20,000 nucleotides of DNA. Origin: an uncultured virus (IMG/VR IMGVR_UViG_3300030503_000181). Its lineage: Duplodnaviria; Heunggongvirae; Uroviricota; Caudoviricetes. Positions 15,090 through 20,000 of this stretch are shown in pieces (position 1 is the first letter of the stretch; each line of letters begins with the position of its first letter). Where the stretch lies: the IMG/VR virus record IMGVR_UViG_3300030503_000181; one strand, 5' to 3'. A program made the translations under genes and the position numbers. The notes beneath the pieces were generated by a model that was not told where the DNA came from, did no database searches, and saw only the letters and a program-made list of their open reading frames with translations.

Positions 15090-15286
15090 GCAAACCAATC
15101 GCAGGACGAACTTGGCGAAGCAACGCAGACCGCGCAGCGGATGAACAGCGTCGGATTCTCGACGCCTTCCATTCGCGGCAGGCGACTAGGTACATTGAGT
15201 TGCTCAAAACCTTGCCGCCCGAGAATCAACCGAAGTCTGGGCCTGAATTGACCGCCGACTATCTGGATTTTTTGACAACGCCATGA
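15086..15286 (+). CDS. Small hypothetical protein
   Basis: ATGA coupling at both ends. Confidence 0.65.
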   Translation: MSKPIAGRTWRSNADRAADEQRRILDAFHSRQATRYIELLKTLPPENQPKSGPELTADYLDFLTTP

Positions 15287-15798
15287 GAAAGTTCCTCGGA
15301 AAATTCGTTTACGCCACTCGCTGGATTCTATTCCCGATTGAACTCGGGCTGCTGGCGGTGCTGCTGATGTACGTGATCGCCTTCCTGCGGAACGACTATG
15401 TGTTCATTGTGCATCAGTTCACGTGGGAAATGGAATCCCTGATGGTGCTGCTCCTCGGCTTCGTGGATGCGGCAATGGTCGCCAACCTGATTATCATGAT
15501 CGTGCAGGGCGGGCACCAGATTTTCATCCACAAGTTCGAACTGCCGCACGAAGATGAACGGGCACAGTGGCTCGACCATATCGACTCCGGGCTGCTCAAG
15601 GTCAAGACCGCACAGTCGATTGCGGGCATCACCTTGATCCAGATTTTGAAGGATTTCGTCAACATCGAAAAGGTGGAATGGACCCTGATCGTCCACCGAA
15701 TGGCTATTCATGGCATGGCGCTGCTTTCGGCCCTGCTGATGGCGTTGATTTGGCGGGTCACACACCCAACACAGGAGCAAGAACATGCACACCAATAA
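15283..15798 (+). CDS. yqhA: UPF0114/YqhA family inner-membrane protein
   Basis: RWIL.P..LGL, VD..MVANLIIMI..GG, WL..ID.G.LK.K...SI.GI..I..L..F motifs. Confidence 0.85.
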   Translation: MRKFLGKFVYATRWILFPIELGLLAVLLMYVIAFLRNDYVFIVHQFTWEMESLMVLLLGFVDAAMVANLIIMIVQGGHQIFIHKFELPHEDERAQWLDHIDSGLLKVKTAQSIAGITLIQILKDFVNIEKVEWTLIVHRMAIHGMALLSALLMALIWRVTHPTQEQEHAHQ

Positions 15799-16366
15799 AC
15801 AACGCGGACAAGGGAATACGGGGCTCATATTCGTCCTTGTGGCGGTTGCCATCGTGTTCATTATCGCTGCCATCGCCCTCAACCACAATGGCGACAAACA
15901 CAGCCACAGCCGTCGCCATGGCAAGCATACCGTCGTCAAGGGCGAGTTTCTCACGCCCACGCAGGACGGTCGGGGTCGCTACGCCTATCAGAACGACGGC
16001 GGGGACTGGTACATCTACTACTGGATGATGACCGATAACTCCCGCTATTCGTATTCCACCCCTCCCCCGTTGACTGGCTATGTGTTGCCATCTGGCGGGC
16101 AGTGGGCAAAAGTTACTGAGCCCGATGAGGACGAGGTTGTTGAGCAGGAAAACGAAGAGATCGCCGAGACCGACACCGACGTGCCTGAAACTGAGTCTGC
16201 ATGGCAGACCGAGAACCAGACCGACATCGAGAACCAGTCCGTGGAGCCAGAAAACACCGTTGAGCCATCGTCTGAGCCTTCGACACCGAGCGATTCCAGC
16301 CCGAGTGATTCGGGTGGGGATTCTGGCGGCGATGGTGGTGGGGACGGCGGCGGAAGTTCCGACTAA
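15785..16366 (+). CDS. Membrane-anchored protein with acidic Ser/Gly/Asp low-complexity tail
   Basis: AGGAG RBS; N-terminal TM, His-rich patch, WYIYYW core, tail ending DSGGDSGGDGGGDGGGSSD. Confidence 0.75.
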   Translation: MHTNKQRGQGNTGLIFVLVAVAIVFIIAAIALNHNGDKHSHSRRHGKHTVVKGEFLTPTQDGRGRYAYQNDGGDWYIYYWMMTDNSRYSYSTPPPLTGYVLPSGGQWAKVTEPDEDEVVEQENEEIAETDTDVPETESAWQTENQTDIENQSVEPENTVEPSSEPSTPSDSSPSDSGGDSGGDGGGDGGGSSD

Positions 16367-16756
16367 ATGGCGGCATTCGAAGAACACTGTCGAGACTGCG
16401 AGCGGCTGCTTGGTAACCGCTTTGAACAGGTCAACCACTGGCTGGACGAAAAGTTCCGCCAGTATGGACCGCTGCACCGCTTCGCCCGACACCACTGGCG
16501 GGGCGTTGACGAATGTGGAAACCTGTGGGGTAATCAGGCCCGTAAAGCTGCCATCATCCATATCCTGAAAGATTGTGGCTGGGTGCCGACCGCCCGCGAT
16601 TGGGAAGAGCAGAAAGTCGATTCCCTCGGGTTCAAGATCACCCGACCCTACGGCATATCACCGACCGCCGAACTGGTGTGCAGTGGCGCATTCAACGGCT
16701 ATTGGGACCCGAAAGAATTTGTCGCGAAAGCAAAAGAATTGATCGACGCCGACTAA
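16367..16756 (+). CDS. DUF6915-like His-rich protein
   Basis: H....... V.HWLDE...HR..RHH..G...HI..D.G.VPT..DW pattern. Confidence 0.6.
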   Translation: MAAFEEHCRDCERLLGNRFEQVNHWLDEKFRQYGPLHRFARHHWRGVDECGNLWGNQARKAAIIHILKDCGWVPTARDWEEQKVDSLGFKITRPYGISPTAELVCSGAFNGYWDPKEFVAKAKELIDAD

Positions 16757-16764
16757 TTCCTGCG

Positions 16765-16770
16765 GTATTA
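16765..16770 (+). promoter_or_regulatory. GTATTA candidate phage promoter (leaderless arrangement)
   Basis: 6 nt before ATG 16777 with no Shine-Dalgarno sequence. Confidence 0.5.
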
Positions 16771-16776
16771 AGCTGT

Positions 16777-17385
16777 ATGAGCGCACCGCAAGACGTAAAC
16801 TTCAAGAAAACCGCCGCCGCAGAAACCCAATACAGCACCGGAGCCCAACGCGATAGTCGTTCGGGCAAGGGAGCTTTCCACTGGATGCCTTGGGACGCCG
16901 TGTTCTGCGTCTCCAACATTTATGAGCTAGGCAACAAGGGACGCAGCAAGACAGGGGATGGCAACGACCGTAATTGGGAAAACGGGATGCCTCTCATCGA
17001 CTTCCTTCACAGTGCGTTGAATCACATCACCGCCCATATCTCAGGTGACCGCAGTGAGCCGCATATCTCTCAGGCGATCTGGAACCTTCTGAACTACCTC
17101 CAGACTTCCATCTGGGTCCTTCTCGGCACCCGCCCCAAGGACCTCAACAAGCTGCCGAATCATCGTGGTAACTGGAAGCCCGGGGACGAACCGCCTTCTC
17201 CGTTATCCCCTCGGGAGATCGAGTGGCTCACGTTTAAGGGTGTGCTTCCGAAACCCGCCGAAGACAAAGAGGTCATCACTCAACCGAAGTCGGTTAAAAT
17301 CACGCCACTGCCCGTTGACCCGAACCCAAATCCGAGTGGGGCAAAGCCGACACCGTTCATCGCCGATGATGAGGACATAGCCTAA
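16777..17385 (+). CDS. dATP/dGTP diphosphohydrolase domain protein (DUF5664-like)
   Basis: TGAQRD...GKG.F...P......V...Y..G ... RNWENG ... SA..H ... GD..E.H...A.WN motifs. Confidence 0.8.
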   Translation: MSAPQDVNFKKTAAAETQYSTGAQRDSRSGKGAFHWMPWDAVFCVSNIYELGNKGRSKTGDGNDRNWENGMPLIDFLHSALNHITAHISGDRSEPHISQAIWNLLNYLQTSIWVLLGTRPKDLNKLPNHRGNWKPGDEPPSPLSPREIEWLTFKGVLPKPAEDKEVITQPKSVKITPLPVDPNPNPSGAKPTPFIADDEDIA

Positions 17386-17777
17386 TGGGATTCAGCTTCA
17401 AAACCGCGTTCGCTCATCTTGATGGTCTGACGCTGACGTATGACCAACTCATGGCCGAAGTTATCGAGATTCGCAGGAAGCATCTCGGCGATCTTGTCCC
17501 TGAAATCAACTCCCATGACATGTTTTACCAGATGATGCAGATGGGCTGGGTTACCTGCCCTGATGACGGCACGGGCGGCGGTAAGGAAACCTGCGTCTTC
17601 AAGATCGTTGAGGACGTGCGCGAAGTCCGTAAACGCATCGACGCCTACAAGCAGATTTTCATCAAGGATCAGGCCGAATCGTGGCTTGACGAGCGGGAAT
17701 CTGATGGTCAGCTTTACCCCATAGATGTCATCCCAGCCGAGTACGACCAAGCCGTTCGAGAACTAGCCAAGGGATAA
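17385..17777 (+). CDS. Hypothetical protein
   Basis: GAGGA RBS; TAATG coupling. Confidence 0.7.
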   Translation: MGFSFKTAFAHLDGLTLTYDQLMAEVIEIRRKHLGDLVPEINSHDMFYQMMQMGWVTCPDDGTGGGKETCVFKIVEDVREVRKRIDAYKQIFIKDQAESWLDERESDGQLYPIDVIPAEYDQAVRELAKG

Positions 17778-17778
17778 T

Positions 17779-17807
17779 CCCGAATTCGGGTCTCTTTTAT
17801 AGGACCC
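17779..17807 (+). promoter_or_regulatory. Palindrome plus hairpin containing TCTCTTTTATAG
   Basis: CCCGAATTCGGG (17779-17790); GGGTCT/GGACCC stem (17788-17807) ends 1 nt before ATG 17809. Confidence 0.45.
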
Positions 17808-17808
17808 C

Positions 17809-18525
17809 ATGGAACGAGTCTTTACAGCAACCGACGACGGCTACTATTTCATCCCCAAAGAGGCGGCAGGCCCGGGGGATCACGTCATCCCCACCCAGAA
17901 CTACCCCAAGAAGCCAACGGACGAGCGGTGCACGATCTGCGACCAGTACGAAAACAGCCATCGGCACTCCATCGGGTGGAAACACCGTCACGATTTCTCC
18001 CCGCCGCCAGCCAAGGAAAAGCAGCCCTACCTCAGCGGGCACAACATGCCCCACGAGGCTATGGGACCTACCGTCAAGTCCGCCCCGGGGAACCACCACG
18101 ACGAGATCGAGGGCAATCCCCTCCTTGAACACCGGGTTGGAGGCGAAGAAGCCCCTAAACAGGCACGCCAGCCCATGCAGGACGACGCTGGAGCGACGAC
18201 AGGGCTCCGTAGGCGTCCAGACTATGGGGAAAGCGATTCCTACACGTCCGAGCTTAATAGAGCGAATTCCAAGGGTGCATCGGCTCAGTACGTGATCGCC
18301 ATAGCCGCTACAAGCCGCAAGGAAGCCTCCAAGACGGCTACCATGTACGTCACCGCCATCGAATGGGATGGTCTGACGGTCGCCAGCTTTAAGTTTGGCT
18401 CCGATGTCAGCAAAGCCGTCCGCCTACCCAACCTGACCGCCAAATCCGTCAGCAAGCAGCTTTTCGCCGCTCCATTTGAGGTAAAAGCCCGCCCCGTCTC
18501 AACCGCCTCAATTCAAAGTAAATAA
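17809..18525 (+). CDS. Hypothetical multi-segment protein with CxxC...H motif
   Basis: CTICDQYENSHRH; disordered middle; globular-looking C-terminal domain. Confidence 0.7.
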   Translation: MERVFTATDDGYYFIPKEAAGPGDHVIPTQNYPKKPTDERCTICDQYENSHRHSIGWKHRHDFSPPPAKEKQPYLSGHNMPHEAMGPTVKSAPGNHHDEIEGNPLLEHRVGGEEAPKQARQPMQDDAGATTGLRRRPDYGESDSYTSELNRANSKGASAQYVIAIAATSRKEASKTATMYVTAIEWDGLTVASFKFGSDVSKAVRLPNLTAKSVSKQLFAAPFEVKARPVSTASIQSK

Positions 18526-18551
18526 AGCTATCCGTTTTTCCATTATTTTCG

Positions 18552-18558
18552 GTATAAT
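18552..18558 (+). promoter_or_regulatory. -10 element (GTATAAT), leaderless arrangement
   Basis: Perfect TATAAT (18553-18558) 6 nt before ATG 18565; AT-rich upstream region; no Shine-Dalgarno sequence. Confidence 0.55.
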
Positions 18559-18564
18559 AGCAGC

Positions 18565-19251
18565 ATGGTCGAACGTAAACCCATGTCTCGTCTTGAGCAG
18601 GCGATCCTTACCGCCGTGCTTGCCCATCAGGGGCAGATCGACGAAGACGGCCAGCCGCACATCGTCCACTCCCTCGAAGTCATGTTCGCTGTCAAACGGG
18701 AGTTTGACCGAGGCCCCTATGCCGCAGGGATTCGCGGCACCGATCCTCTACACCTGCCCAAGGGTGTAACCATCGAAGATATGCTGGTCGCCGCCGTCCT
18801 TCATGACGTGCCTGAGGACACCCCCCTGACCCTTGAAGACATCCGTAAAGACTTTGGCAAGACAGTTGCCGACATTGTTGATGGTGTCACGCGGCGTCAT
18901 GGAGACCATCTCTGCAAGATTGCCAACTGCCAAGAGCACGGCAAGGAAACCTATCGCGATTTCATTTATCGATCTGCGGAGAATCCCGCCTCGAAAATCC
19001 TCAAAGTCGCGGACCTCGGCGTGAACCGCCGTCGCACCAGCACAATCCCAGAGTCAAAGGCAAAATGGCGAAACAAGCTGGAGTACAAGTACGACATCGC
19101 CCTCCGCGTCTTGCTGGCTGAGGAGCCCGTCACGTGGGAGCAAGTCTCGTGGAACTTCTCGGGCGGCAAGTATTTCATGGCTGACCCCAATGGCAAGAAG
19201 ATTGAGATCACCGAGGAAGAGTTCAAGAAGGTGATGGGGGCAGGCGCGTGA
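18565..19251 (+). CDS. HD-domain (p)ppGpp hydrolase-like protein (RelA/SpoT HD, small alarmone hydrolase/Mesh1-like)
   Basis: AH.GQ...G.P.I.H.LEV, AAVLHDVPEDT, FG..VA.IV.GVT and K.AD...N motifs. Confidence 0.85.
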   Translation: MVERKPMSRLEQAILTAVLAHQGQIDEDGQPHIVHSLEVMFAVKREFDRGPYAAGIRGTDPLHLPKGVTIEDMLVAAVLHDVPEDTPLTLEDIRKDFGKTVADIVDGVTRRHGDHLCKIANCQEHGKETYRDFIYRSAENPASKILKVADLGVNRRRTSTIPESKAKWRNKLEYKYDIALRVLLAEEPVTWEQVSWNFSGGKYFMADPNGKKIEITEEEFKKVMGAGA

Positions 19252-19541
19252 AGGTTCAGTACCGTGGGTTTGACATCGACGTAACGAAGGCGAAGAGTAT
19301 GGCTGGCTACAAGCTGACCTACTATTCGGTCTTCCGTAAGTCGGACGGTTACGAAATGACGAGCGGGTACTGCGACGACAATGACACCGTTCGGACGTGG
19401 ATCAAGATGATGAAGGACAGGGTGAACGGATTTATCGACGACCCGAGCGAAGAGATGCACGAGACGCCTGACGACGGGGAATACTACGACGTGCTGGCGG
19501 GGCATCGGCTGGAGAATCAGAAGACTCAGGGGCTACAATGA
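19248..19541 (+). CDS. Hypothetical protein
   Basis: GTGA coupling. Confidence 0.7.
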   Translation: MKVQYRGFDIDVTKAKSMAGYKLTYYSVFRKSDGYEMTSGYCDDNDTVRTWIKMMKDRVNGFIDDPSEEMHETPDDGEYYDVLAGHRLENQKTQGLQ

Positions 19542-19969
19542 AAACTGCTACTGCGAAACGTTACGTGTGCCAGCGTACAGGGCAATCGTTTGAGTACGAA
19601 GAGCTGGCCCGTGCCTCGGAGAACAAAATCTCCGAAGAAGCGTTCGCTGACCTTAAGCGCAAGATCAAGAGCGGCAAGTTTTGGGTGCCGAAGGTTGGCG
19701 AGTGGATTTATGTCCGCACCATGATGAGCATCGACCACGGTGAGGATGACGTTCAAGGTGGTCTCGCGATGGTCACTCGCGTGTACGACAGCATGAGCGG
19801 CGGTGACCCGAAGTGCAAGTTTATCGAAATCGCTCAACACGACCGTGGCGGCAACTGGACACAGTTCCTCTTTCCTGAACAGAAGGAACTCATGAAACGT
19901 CACGGCAAAGAGTTCGCTTGTCCCGATCCAGATTACGGCTACTCTGGCGATCCGAATGGAGGATTTTAA
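19538..19969 (+). CDS. Hypothetical protein
   Basis: ATGA coupling; TAATG coupling to the next gene. Confidence 0.7.
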   Translation: MKTATAKRYVCQRTGQSFEYEELARASENKISEEAFADLKRKIKSGKFWVPKVGEWIYVRTMMSIDHGEDDVQGGLAMVTRVYDSMSGGDPKCKFIEIAQHDRGGNWTQFLFPEQKELMKRHGKEFACPDPDYGYSGDPNGGF

Positions 19970-20000
19970 TGGAAACAACAGTATCTCGCAGTGAACACGT
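19969..20000 (+). CDS. Start of a gene truncated by the window edge (METTVSRSEH...)
   Basis: GGAGG RBS and TAATG overlap. Confidence 0.55.
   Translation, partial: METTVSRSEH

Noticed and set aside
16290..16363. Short repeats encoding DSGG/DGGG
   Set aside because: Low-complexity coding sequence, not a CRISPR or other non-coding array
1..20000. Alternative genetic code (stop-codon reassignment)
   Set aside because: TAA, TAG and TGA all terminate well-supported genes and coding density is high under code 11

Overview
Gene-dense, almost entirely + strand segment with many 1-4 nt stop/start overlaps and no rRNA, tRNA, CRISPR or IS elements. It reads as an accessory and nucleotide-metabolism region of a large (jumbo-like) dsDNA bacteriophage using the standard genetic code. 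Recognisable genes: Fe-S assembly iscA and iscU, a PnuC-like half transporter, an HNH-type endonuclease, a NUDIX hydrolase, a motif-permuted ThyX, two tandem dCMP deaminases, dUTPase, a Thg1-like 3'-5' polymerase, a TPM-like/LemA-like membrane pair, YqhA (UPF0114), a DUF6915-like protein, a DUF5664-type dATP/dGTP diphosphohydrolase and an HD (RelA/SpoT-like) hydrolase. Small Cys/His-rich and membrane ORFs fill the gaps. Non-coding signals: a recurrent GTATTA element just after stop codons (sometimes 6 nt before an ATG), a second motif (YCYCTWTTRTR) found inside hairpins that cover start regions, and a ~99-nt closed structured RNA candidate before dut. One Zn-ribbon gene is split by an in-frame TAA. 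Family calls come from recognising motifs by eye; no database search was run.
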